A stretch of 63,662 nucleotides of DNA, counting the filler, from Chlamydiales bacterium (GTDB lineage: Bacteria; Chlamydiota; Chlamydiia; Chlamydiales; JACRBE01): assembly GCA_016213235.1 (NCBI GenBank). It is 5 parts of 5 records of this genome, joined end to end, with 100 filler letters (N's around TTAATTAATTAA, not from the genome) between each part and the next. Parts side by side here need not be neighbours in the genome. Positions count along the whole stretch, not along the records: positions 16,577 to 43,047 come from JACRBE010000052.1; 4 more parts are not named here. One strand, 5' to 3'. A model generated the notes under the pieces. The model did not search any database and had not been told where the DNA came from. It saw nothing but the letters and a program-made list of their open reading frames with translations. This document shows positions 30,344 to 39,177 of this stretch, one piece after another. The first letter of the stretch is position 1, and each line of letters begins with the position of its first letter. The translations under genes and the position numbers were made by a program.

Positions 30344-31162
30344 TCATAAGCTAATAATACGAATTGTACTAATTAAATTGAAGATAATATGAAGAATAAT
30401 AGATGCAGTTAAACGCTGCTTTTTTTCATATATATATGCTAGATAGTAAGAGAGGACGAATAAAGAGCCAAGTAAAGGAATATTGCCAATTCCCTGACTT
30501 GGAGAAAAATGCACTAAACTAAAAAAAAGAGAGGATATAGTGCTTGCTGAAAAAAAAGGCAATACCGTGCGTAACATCTGGTGTAATAATCCTCTAAATA
30601 ATATCTCTTCTATGATAGGGGCAAAAAAACATACGGAAAGAGTCATCCATAGACAGTGAAAAGGAGAGGAGAGTGCTTTTTTTAAATAAGTGACTGCAAG
30701 TTGTTCTTCTCCTGCACTATGAAATAGCCCAATATTAATCAGTGTTAATGCGTGGGATATAAATCCAATGGTAGGCAGGAGAATAAGATAAATATAAATA
30801 GCAATTTTGCAGTCATCTTTCCAATAAGCTAGCTCGATTTTTTCTTTTTCAATAAGGAGAATAACTATCACAAGAAAAACCGTAATAATAAACATAGATA
30901 AAAAACTTGCAAAAAACACATTTTGCAAGAAGGTTGGAATCCACTTGCCATGAGTTAATGAATGAAAAAAAAAGGAGGGCAGAAGAGCATATAGAGTTAA
31001 AACAACAATAAAGATACCAATACCAATAAATAAGGGAATTGGGAAAAATAAAAATTTCTTCAGAGGGGAAAACAGACCCTGAATCCATCCAATCGAGTGA
31101 GCAATAATGGATAGCACCGCAGTAATAGCAAGAATATTGATATTTTCAATGAGCATAAGCAA
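30344..31162 (-). CDS. CPBP/CAAX-family intramembrane metalloprotease (CT254-like)
   Basis: APIIEEILFRG, FSLVH, ILHIIFN. Confidence 0.92.
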   Translation of the reverse strand: MLMLIENINILAITAVLSIIAHSIGWIQGLFSPLKKFLFFPIPLFIGIGIFIVVLTLYALLPSFFFHSLTHGKWIPTFLQNVFFASFLSMFIITVFLVIVILLIEKEKIELAYWKDDCKIAIYIYLILLPTIGFISHALTLINIGLFHSAGEEQLAVTYLKKALSSPFHCLWMTLSVCFFAPIIEEILFRGLLHQMLRTVLPFFSASTISSLFFSLVHFSPSQGIGNIPLLGSLFVLSYYLAYIYEKKQRLTASIILHIIFNLISTIRIISL

Positions 31163-31796
31163 CTTGGGAAAGTAGGATATACTCTTCTATTCTTTTTACT
31201 AACGTTTTCGTCATCCGCTTATGAGCCATACCTAGAGGGGTAAAATAAAAACTAGTTTTTTCCCAATTCACCTTTTCATAATTAATAAAGCTAAATTGCC
31301 ATGGTAAAAAGTTGCGTTGATGGATGATTTCTTGCAAAATAACACTTGGGCGATCGCTTTTTCTCAAATCAATCACTTTTATTCTCACGGTAATGTCTAG
31401 GTCTTGAGATGATCTTTTTTCTTTTTTACTGGTATCTCTTGCTGTAAAACTATGTTCAATGATCTCAAGCAAGCAAACATATTCAAAAGGATACTTTTCT
31501 TTTGATCGCCAGTTTTGTTCATAAAATAAATGAGAAGGCTGGATACCAGGTACAAATACCTGATTTGCCGGTGTTAGATACAATTGATTGTCTTTTTTGA
31601 TATTAGAAGATAGTTGAAAGTAAAACTCATCAGGTAAACTCCAATAAAAAGAAGAATCAGAGGAGTCTGTGATAGGGCAAATAGCAATAATTGGTTTTGC
31701 TCTACCATCATCATGATATTTGGTTTGGCTAACTATTTTGTTTTGCTGACAAGCGCAAATAAAAGCGAGCAAGGAGAAAAAAATATACTTTTTCAT
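31146..31796 (-). CDS. Chlamydial lipoprotein (CT253-like)
   Basis: Lipobox ICAC; SVILQEIIH and TPLGMAH; upstream of the CAAX protease as in Chlamydia. Confidence 0.8.
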   Translation of the reverse strand: MKKYIFFSLLAFICACQQNKIVSQTKYHDDGRAKPIIAICPITDSSDSSFYWSLPDEFYFQLSSNIKKDNQLYLTPANQVFVPGIQPSHLFYEQNWRSKEKYPFEYVCLLEIIEHSFTARDTSKKEKRSSQDLDITVRIKVIDLRKSDRPSVILQEIIHQRNFLPWQFSFINYEKVNWEKTSFYFTPLGMAHKRMTKTLVKRIEEYILLSQVAYAH

Positions 31797-32082
31797 AGAA
31801 TTTTTATTAAAGTTACATATTTACACATACTATCAAAATCAATAGATTCTGAAAAAAGAATTTAATTTTTTTGAGTTAGTCCTCTCTAAGTGAAACGATT
31901 GGAGTTGGTAGTAATAAAATTTAATTAGAAAATCGATAGATTTCTATTAATCGATTTGTTACATTGTGTGCGAGATACAAAAAAAAACGCTCTAAATGCT
32001 CTTTTCAGATCTGGAAAAGATCGAGATCCTACGGTTGCTGCATTTTGAGAATAATAAAAAAACCTCTAGGAGGAGAACCTGA

Positions 32083-32598
32083 ATGTCTTATGAAAATGCT
32101 AAAGCGAACTTGGAAGAGTTCGGCAAGGAGCTCAAGTTAGATGGGCTTGCGTTTGATGAAAACAATACGTGTATTTTAGGGATTGATAATACGTTTTCCC
32201 TGCATTTAACATATGAGCCTAACTCTGATAGATTATATCTTTATTCTCCTATTTTGGATGGATTGCCAAAAGATACAAAAATTCGCCTTAAACTATATGA
32301 GTCACTCTTAGAAGGCTCTATGCTCGGTGGTCAAATGGCTGGCGGAGGTGTTGGTGTTGCGGTAAAAGAAGAGCTTATTTTGATGCACTGCGTGCTAGAA
32401 ATGGGACCAGGAACAGATGCTGCAGCGCTTCGTAGATTTGCTCCATTATTTGTAGAATGTGTGGAAAAATGGAGAGAAAGAGCTCAGAAAATATTAGAAG
32501 GAAAAGATGTTAGCGGACCTATTATGCCACAAGGTGCAGCCGCTAAAACTCCAGGACCTGGTCCAACTGGTCCGTCTGGCAACTTCATGAAAATCTAA
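32083..32598 (+). CDS. slc1: CesT-family T3SS effector chaperone Slc1 (CT043-like)
   Basis: FSLHLTYE..SDRLY..SP.LDGLP...LLEGSMLGGQMAGGGVGVA..E.LILMHC; strong SD AGGAGG. Confidence 0.9.
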   Translation: MSYENAKANLEEFGKELKLDGLAFDENNTCILGIDNTFSLHLTYEPNSDRLYLYSPILDGLPKDTKIRLKLYESLLEGSMLGGQMAGGGVGVAVKEELILMHCVLEMGPGTDAAALRRFAPLFVECVEKWRERAQKILEGKDVSGPIMPQGAAAKTPGPGPTGPSGNFMKI

Positions 32599-32607
32599 TT
32601 ATTTGTT

Positions 32608-32643
32608 AAACAATGCTGACGATATTCATCAGCATTGTTTTTT
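32608..32643 (+). terminator. Rho-independent terminator of slc1
   Basis: aaacaatgctga / tcagcattgttt stem followed by a T-run. Confidence 0.85.
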
Positions 32644-32661
32644 CTTGTAAAAAACAATATT

Positions 32662-33164
32662 TTATTTATTCGATGTATCTGCAAGCGCTTCATCTATAAT
32701 GCGCCAGCATTGTATGGATTCGTCAATCCAGCTGCAACGATCAAGGCCTTCCATAAAGTCCAAGCGCGAGCGCGGGCCCATGTTCCAGCGTCCAGAGGAA
32801 GCATGGAACGGAAGGCTTTTCTGTTTTCTCCTTTAAACAATGTCCAGGCGATTGCAAGATCGCAGGCAGTATCTCCCTCAACCCAGCGATAGATAGACCA
32901 CTTCCAGGGGTAGTCTCTGCCGGGTTTCCGATTGCTAAAGGAGTGGGGACCTCAAGCGGCAGTAAAGGAGCTAGTTTTGGTAATCATTGGTTCTCCTTTC
33001 CTACCTGCATTGCATATTCCGCAGCGCTATGCGCACAAGCATGTGCTTACCTAGACGAAAGATCCTGTTGTCCCACCGCCAGTAATTAGCCGGATAGGGC
33101 AATCTTTCCATTGCGGAAACTGGGTAGCGATCAAGCGGTGGACGAAAGATACGTTGATATTCAT
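32662..33164 (-). pseudogene. Aminoglycoside phosphotransferase (APH)-family pseudogene
   Basis: Manual translation across frameshifts: MNINVSFVHRLIATQFPQW../WDNRIFRLG../PWKWSIYRWVEGDT joined to ACDLAIAWTLF...TWARARAW. The catalytic HGD/DFG region is absent. Confidence 0.8.
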
Positions 33165-33169
33165 CCACT

Positions 33170-34531
33170 TTAACCAGTCGCTAACAATTTACGTTGGATA
33201 TCTTGTAGATAGAACGTTATTTCTTTATCTTTGCTATCTAAACTGGAAGTGATCGCTTTTACACTTGTCATTACCGTAGAATGATCTCTTGAAAAGACGG
33301 ATCCTATCTTCATATAAGGCATTTTTAATTCTGCACGTAAAAGATACATCGCTATTTGTCTTGGGAGTGCGCAATCTCTACTCTGAGATTTTCCGATAAC
33401 ATCTTCCATTTTGATATCAAACAGGTCAGCTACTATTTGAATGATTTTATCAGGAGTTATTTTTTGGCTCTTTTCCTTTTCATGCAGCTCATCAATAAAA
33501 TCTTTCACCATAGATAAGTGGATGGTATCTTGTTTGATCAATTGATTGAGTTGTGCATGCACAATAAGTGCATCTAATGTTTTGATGATACCCCTAGCGT
33601 CTTTAAAAAAAGTCGCAATATATTCTGATAGACTTTTCTCGAGTTTTACTTCATAGAAGTTGGCCCGTTTTTCTAGTGCTAATAATAGATCGGCATGCTC
33701 TGTTACTTTTTGCAGAGGTAGTGTGATACCCCATTCAAATCTGGAAATCAACCTCTCTTCAATACCATCGATAAAATGAGGTGCTAAGTTAGCGCCAAGA
33801 ACGATTTGTTTATTTGCAGTGTGCAGAGTGTTAAAGGTATGAAATAGTTCTTCTTGTGTGGCATTTTTTCTAGCAAGTACTTGGATGTCATCAATGATAA
33901 GAAGGTCTAAATGCCGATAAGTTTCTCGAAATGTTTGCATATCACCGCGCCTAATCGCAGAGACGACATGATCTGTAAATGTTTGTGCATTAACATAAAA
34001 AGCTTTTAAGCCTCTTTGTAAAAACACTTTAGCCACTGCCATTAGTAAATGGGATTTGCCAACACCGGAGGGTCCATAAACATAAATAGGATTGAGAAAG
34101 TCCATGGAAGGTGCTTCAACGCGGCTATTATCTTTATTATAACCTGTTATTTTACAAAGAACTTCAAAAGGAACTTTATTTAAACTAGAAGGGATATATT
34201 GATCAAAGGTGCAGTAGGGAAGCAGGTCATCGCTATCATATCGAATAGGAGTATCATTTATCTCTATGTTTTCTTGCTTGGGACCTTGTTGCGCGTTTTT
34301 TCCAACAATGAGATGAACTTTGATAGCTCTACCATTATTGTTTAAGAAGGATTGTTTTAAAATAGGCCTGATGTGTTCTTCAAACCACATCGTCTGAAAC
34401 GAATCATTTGCCTGAAGATACAAGTTAGCAGCATCAAAACGAATGACTGTCATGGAGCGGAGCCATCGATCAATGGTTTCTTTCCCAAATTGCTTGTCAA
34501 GCTTTTCTAAAAAACAATCCCATAGTTTCAT
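33170..34531 (-). CDS. dnaA: Chromosomal replication initiator DnaA (yidC-linked chlamydial copy)
   Basis: GPSGVGKSHL, IDDIQ, TQEELFHTFN, RLISRFEWG, RDHSTV. Confidence 0.96.
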   Translation of the reverse strand: MKLWDCFLEKLDKQFGKETIDRWLRSMTVIRFDAANLYLQANDSFQTMWFEEHIRPILKQSFLNNNGRAIKVHLIVGKNAQQGPKQENIEINDTPIRYDSDDLLPYCTFDQYIPSSLNKVPFEVLCKITGYNKDNSRVEAPSMDFLNPIYVYGPSGVGKSHLLMAVAKVFLQRGLKAFYVNAQTFTDHVVSAIRRGDMQTFRETYRHLDLLIIDDIQVLARKNATQEELFHTFNTLHTANKQIVLGANLAPHFIDGIEERLISRFEWGITLPLQKVTEHADLLLALEKRANFYEVKLEKSLSEYIATFFKDARGIIKTLDALIVHAQLNQLIKQDTIHLSMVKDFIDELHEKEKSQKITPDKIIQIVADLFDIKMEDVIGKSQSRDCALPRQIAMYLLRAELKMPYMKIGSVFSRDHSTVMTSVKAITSSLDSKDKEITFYLQDIQRKLLATG

Positions 34532-34532
34532 A

Positions 34533-36923
34533 TTACTTCTCAGATTTGTTAGTGATCATTTTTTTATTCATCCACCATTGTTGTAACATGCTAAGAAGGG
34601 TAGAAGATAAAAAGTATATGTTTAAGCCAGATGGCATATTATAAAAGATCACCGTAAATACAACGGTCATGATATTTCCCATTGCAACTTGTTGTCTTTG
34701 TTGATCTGTCATTACATCTGTTTTATTTTTTGCCTGCGATAGTCGCTGTTGCAAGAACATCACAAGTCCTAATAAAATAGGTAGCAAATGGAACTGGTCT
34801 CCAATAAATGGAATGGATAATTTCCAGGAAAATACGACATCGGGAGCAGTTAAGTTATCAATCCATCCAGGAATAAATCCTGCACCTCGCAGTTCAAAGG
34901 TCGATTTTAATAAATCAAACATACCAATTAAGAAAGGCATTTGAATGACAACAGGGAAGCATCCGGAAAAAGGGTTGACCCCATGTTCTTTATAGAGTTT
35001 AACCATCTCTGTCTGCGCTTTTTTAGGGTCTTTCTTGTATTTAGCTTGCAAAGCAGTGATTTTTGGCGATAGCTGTTGCATGCGAAGCGTAGATCGAATG
35101 GACCAGGCATTCAGTGGATATAACATCACGCGAAGGGCTATCGTAAGAAAGATAATAGAAAATCCCCAAGAGTGTGTTATACCATAGAAGAACTTCATCA
35201 ACATGAATAAGAACTTGGCAAAAGGGATAGAGATGAAGGAAAACCATCCATGATAGCTTTGAGCATCAATATAATCGGGATTGTATCCTGTTTGCGGATT
35301 GTCATATAATATGTCGACCTCTTCTAGTACATTTTGTTGAAAAGGCCCTGCATATATTCTAAATTGTGTTGTAGGTGTTGTTGTAGCAAGTGGCATGAGC
35401 ATGGCATATCCCGGATATTTATTTGCAGGATATGGAGGGCTTTTTGGATTTAATACAGAAAGGCGAGTAGGAGCTGCCTCTCCCATTACTTTTAGCGCTT
35501 TAAATCCGGTTACAGCATTGGTATCAATAGGGTCTAAAATAAATCCAAAAAATCCATTTCCATTACTAATCCATAAAGGCTGAGTAGCAGTATAAGAACT
35601 TGTGTTTTTTGGAGGAGAAATTTCTTCCGCAGTATTTTTCCCATTTTTAGCATATAGATATTTTAATGCAGGAGTAAAAGATCCGGAAATTAATTCTACT
35701 TCCGGTATACCTGTAGATACCCATAGTCCTCTTGCATTGCCATCTATTTTAATGTCAGCATTAAAGCAGTAAGGAACATTTCGAGTTGTTTCAAAATAGT
35801 ATCGTTTTACTATGAGGCGAGAGCTGGTTTTTTTTTCAAAAGCAATCGAGCTAGTGGTAAATTCTGTAAGTTTATAATACCCCTCTTCTTTTTCGTCGTC
35901 GCTATTGATGTAAAAGGCATAGTGTTGATAAGGGATTTTCTGGATGGTTTGCCCGGTATTATTTTTTATACTACGACGAAGCAGCGGATAGTATCCTCCA
36001 AGTGCAGGCTTTTGCAATAAGGAAGCACCTGTAGCAGCTACCTTCCAGTAGTCATGACTTGGAAAATAAGCATTATAAGGGTATTGCTTTGTCAGTGTAC
36101 GATCGATCTCAATTGGTTTCACAATGCTCTGCATATTGCTTGTCGAAGAAAATGGAAGGTTGATCTCTGTAATAGATCCGCCTATATTGGAAAAAACGAT
36201 CTGCAGATAATCGTTTTCTAGTACATAATAAGCCTCATTTTGATCGGGGCGTGACTCAAATAGTAGATAACTGACCTTATCATCAAATGCTCCGATATCA
36301 GAAAAAGAAGAAAATTCATTATTTGCTGCATCATAAAAACCAACAGGAATATATCTTCCTTCTATTTTATAAAGAGCAATGCTGCTCATCACATTACTAC
36401 CATCTGGTATGGAAATATGATGATCTTCATATTCAGCAAGCGTTATTTGAGTTAACTCATCTGAAAAATGTACCATCTGCAGATCTACACTGCCGACTGC
36501 AGGTAGATAGGTGGATGGTAGTTTACTAGTTGCATCGGTTGCATATACCACGCCATTTGCTACCTTATTGTTAGATACAAGAAGGTGTCCTTGGACAAAG
36601 CTATTCGATCTTTTTATATAAACTTCATCAGGCAATGGCTTAGAAGATAGCTCAGTGATAATAGTAGTGTTGTAATCGAGTGCATAACAAAGAAAATCTT
36701 TTCCTGCAGCATCTGTGTATATTGTTGTGATAGGTAAATCTTTGATAGATGCTGTTCGTTGCTGTATGTCTTGTTTCGTCGCTTCTTTTTTCTGTGTAAT
36801 TTCCTGTTGTTTCTTTTTTATGTTTTCTATGTTTTGTTTTTCTTGTTTTGATCCAAACCACTGGTTCATGCCAAATAACAATATTGTGAGAATGAAGACA
36901 GAAATAATCGATTTTTTATCCAT
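34533..36923 (-). CDS. yidC: Membrane protein insertase YidC (long chlamydial form)
   Basis: WGFSIIFLT, YKEHGVNPFSGCFP, WIDNLTAPD, PSGLNIYF. Confidence 0.96.
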   Translation of the reverse strand: MDKKSIISVFILTILLFGMNQWFGSKQEKQNIENIKKKQQEITQKKEATKQDIQQRTASIKDLPITTIYTDAAGKDFLCYALDYNTTIITELSSKPLPDEVYIKRSNSFVQGHLLVSNNKVANGVVYATDATSKLPSTYLPAVGSVDLQMVHFSDELTQITLAEYEDHHISIPDGSNVMSSIALYKIEGRYIPVGFYDAANNEFSSFSDIGAFDDKVSYLLFESRPDQNEAYYVLENDYLQIVFSNIGGSITEINLPFSSTSNMQSIVKPIEIDRTLTKQYPYNAYFPSHDYWKVAATGASLLQKPALGGYYPLLRRSIKNNTGQTIQKIPYQHYAFYINSDDEKEEGYYKLTEFTTSSIAFEKKTSSRLIVKRYYFETTRNVPYCFNADIKIDGNARGLWVSTGIPEVELISGSFTPALKYLYAKNGKNTAEEISPPKNTSSYTATQPLWISNGNGFFGFILDPIDTNAVTGFKALKVMGEAAPTRLSVLNPKSPPYPANKYPGYAMLMPLATTTPTTQFRIYAGPFQQNVLEEVDILYDNPQTGYNPDYIDAQSYHGWFSFISIPFAKFLFMLMKFFYGITHSWGFSIIFLTIALRVMLYPLNAWSIRSTLRMQQLSPKITALQAKYKKDPKKAQTEMVKLYKEHGVNPFSGCFPVVIQMPFLIGMFDLLKSTFELRGAGFIPGWIDNLTAPDVVFSWKLSIPFIGDQFHLLPILLGLVMFLQQRLSQAKNKTDVMTDQQRQQVAMGNIMTVVFTVIFYNMPSGLNIYFLSSTLLSMLQQWWMNKKMITNKSEK

Positions 36924-37183
36924 AAAAGAGCCTTTTTAAATGGGCACATCGTATCAAAAATAGAATTTATATTATAGGGAAAAAGGAAAGCGTTACAGAG
37001 AACAGAAAGTCAAGACAGTTTTTTTAATACGAGAGTCTTATAGTTGGGTTTTACGGTAGCGGCAAACCATTTCGTACTAATAGATTCCTTCATCAATGCA
37101 TTGAGGGCTATTTTCATTGGTTTTTGTGTATTTGTAGATATCTCAGCAATCGCATTCAAAAATGTTTGCTCATAAGTGCTCCC

Positions 37184-37212
37184 TTGACAAACACTTTACT
37201 TCTTGTTAAAAT
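37184..37212 (+). promoter_or_regulatory. Sigma66/sigma70-type promoter
   Basis: TTGACA (37184-37189), 17 nt spacer, TAAAAT (37207-37212); 28 nt upstream of ATG 37241. Confidence 0.75.
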
Positions 37213-37240
37213 AACTTTTTCTTTATCAATTTGTACCGCG

Positions 37241-37639
37241 ATGGGATTGTTTAAAAAAAAATTCTCTTTCCTTACCATTTTTTTGTTGGTTACTTCCATT
37301 TGCTATTGTAAGGTATCAGCGGTAAATGATCATTATCTGTCTTCCAATGACTATGCTAATCAGTCACGAATAACTATTACACACAATACCCAAGATCTTT
37401 GCCAGTTGCAAAAAGATCTATATTACTCACGCTCTTCATTAGGAGCGATGTTTTCTGCTCTCCATCAAACACTATTGAAAGATCCCTATGGTTTATGTGA
37501 TCAGATATTGCAAACAGTGAGTATTATTAGTGGCCTTGGTAGTAGGCTTTATAATGATTTTTTTATCTTAGACTGTTCTTTTTCTTTTTTTCGATTGCCA
37601 ATTTTAAGCTCTCAAGCTCATCCTCCAACCACCATTTAA
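37241..37639 (+). CDS. Hypothetical exported protein ending in SSQAHPPTTI
   Basis: ATG just after a near-consensus promoter; basic then hydrophobic signal peptide (MGLFKKKFSFLTIFLLVTSICYC). Confidence 0.6.
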   Translation: MGLFKKKFSFLTIFLLVTSICYCKVSAVNDHYLSSNDYANQSRITITHNTQDLCQLQKDLYYSRSSLGAMFSALHQTLLKDPYGLCDQILQTVSIISGLGSRLYNDFFILDCSFSFFRLPILSSQAHPPTTI

Positions 37640-37718
37640 TTTCTTACGTTATGTCATGTGAGTAAACGAAGTTATCTCATGATGTTTGTCGATCATAATT
37701 AATAATAAGGAATTAATA

Positions 37719-39137
37719 ATGGATGTATTTTTTTTGCCTAGACCTTCATCGGAACCTCTCTTAGGGGAGGATACAACAACAATAACAAGTAACAATACGC
37801 TAATACAGACAATACAAAATATTTTCAGCGATAGATTCTCTGTTCATCCACGAGAAACAGGAGGGTACCGTCGGATAGAAAATGTGGAATATACCCCTCG
37901 TAGTGATGTGTTAAGAAATAGACTAATCGAACTTTTTCATGATCGTGATCGAACAACACATCCTCTATCAGGCGCAGAGTTTCGCCAATTATTGGATCTT
38001 TTAAAACCTTTTACACAAGCAGAGCTATTTACTACACAAAAGGGTCGTTTTCTTAAATTACAATCATTTTTATCTTCTTATGAAGGAGAAGATTCTGTTA
38101 ACGATCTGATTTGTTCTCATCTAACGCGCTCTCAACTCATCGCTTTGGGTATAGAATTGAATAACGTTATTCCGGCATCAACACCCTGCTCTCTCGACCA
38201 GTTCATTCAATATATAAATGACGTAACATCGGAAGAGGCCCATTCTGCTAGTTGCCTTAGTTATGCATTTGTTGCACAGGGATTAACAACCCTCTCTTTT
38301 GACGCGCTAATCCAGCAAACCCATCTTTTAAAACCTCTATCAAAACTGCAAGATAATGGTTACTTACTATCCATCTATTTTCAACGCTGTGTAAAAAGGT
38401 CTCATGTAGAAGATAGCTTTGCTATATTAATGAATAATGAATCATTTCACGAGCTATGTGAAGATGAAGAAGTTTTACTATCTATCTTAAAACAGCTGGA
38501 GGTCCTCTCTGACGAATCAATTGAAGCTGGATTTTTCTTTGTACACCTTATCTTTACATATGTTTATTCTGCAGAAAGATCAACACGCCCTATATCGACA
38601 CAATATTTGAAAAATCATCTTCGCTTTATCTGGAGGATAAGGGAAATAGCAACGAATTTTGTTGCTCCTGATAGAAATCCGAAACAAATTGCAGCTTATT
38701 TTCATCAAATGACTCCTCACAACTATTTGGGGCTTTCTAAATTCTTTTCTTGGATAGCTTCTCAAGTCCCTTATCTTGATCCAAGAGAAGGCGTGCTTAT
38801 GCCAAGCCATTATAGACCAAGAGTCTGGCAACTGTGGAAAAACGAATTACGTGTTGTGGATGATTTTATGCAAGTTTGCAAAGGGAACCCTACATGGTTT
38901 AATAGTCTGGATCGAGCGTCAAAGGATTCTGTTTTGCGATATGTGTTTATAGAAGGATCTAACATTGCCTCTCCTGAAATTATTAAAAATTGGATATATG
39001 ATTTTCTGCGCATTATACAACAAAGTTCTCCAGATTTTACGATGAAAGACTTATGCTGCGATATATTCCGTATTGCGACAAGCGAGCAGACGATCCTGCT
39101 TGATTGTCTGCGGGAAAGGGATTTTATGGGCTATTAA
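37719..39137 (+). CDS. Hypothetical protein (orphan, effector-like N-terminus)
   Basis: About 470-aa ORF, SD AAGGA, S/T/P-rich N-terminus. Confidence 0.75.
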   Translation: MDVFFLPRPSSEPLLGEDTTTITSNNTLIQTIQNIFSDRFSVHPRETGGYRRIENVEYTPRSDVLRNRLIELFHDRDRTTHPLSGAEFRQLLDLLKPFTQAELFTTQKGRFLKLQSFLSSYEGEDSVNDLICSHLTRSQLIALGIELNNVIPASTPCSLDQFIQYINDVTSEEAHSASCLSYAFVAQGLTTLSFDALIQQTHLLKPLSKLQDNGYLLSIYFQRCVKRSHVEDSFAILMNNESFHELCEDEEVLLSILKQLEVLSDESIEAGFFFVHLIFTYVYSAERSTRPISTQYLKNHLRFIWRIREIATNFVAPDRNPKQIAAYFHQMTPHNYLGLSKFFSWIASQVPYLDPREGVLMPSHYRPRVWQLWKNELRVVDDFMQVCKGNPTWFNSLDRASKDSVLRYVFIEGSNIASPEIIKNWIYDFLRIIQQSSPDFTMKDLCCDIFRIATSEQTILLDCLRERDFMGY

Positions 39138-39177
39138 AATTTATCCTGATTATTTTCCAGTTAGAGCGTCATTGCAA

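Noticed and set aside
32635..32892. 85-aa plus-strand ORF
   Set aside because: Starts inside the slc1 terminator and is the antisense shadow of the APH pseudogene.
33170..34531. oriC near dnaA
   Set aside because: dnaA is tightly flanked by yidC and a pseudogene; no DnaA-box cluster was seen.
37010..37173. Possible upstream leader ORF of yidC (ATG 37173 with AAGGGAG SD)
   Set aside because: The frame stops after MSKHF; other frames give no convincing peptide, and the apparent SD is the reverse complement of the divergent promoter region.
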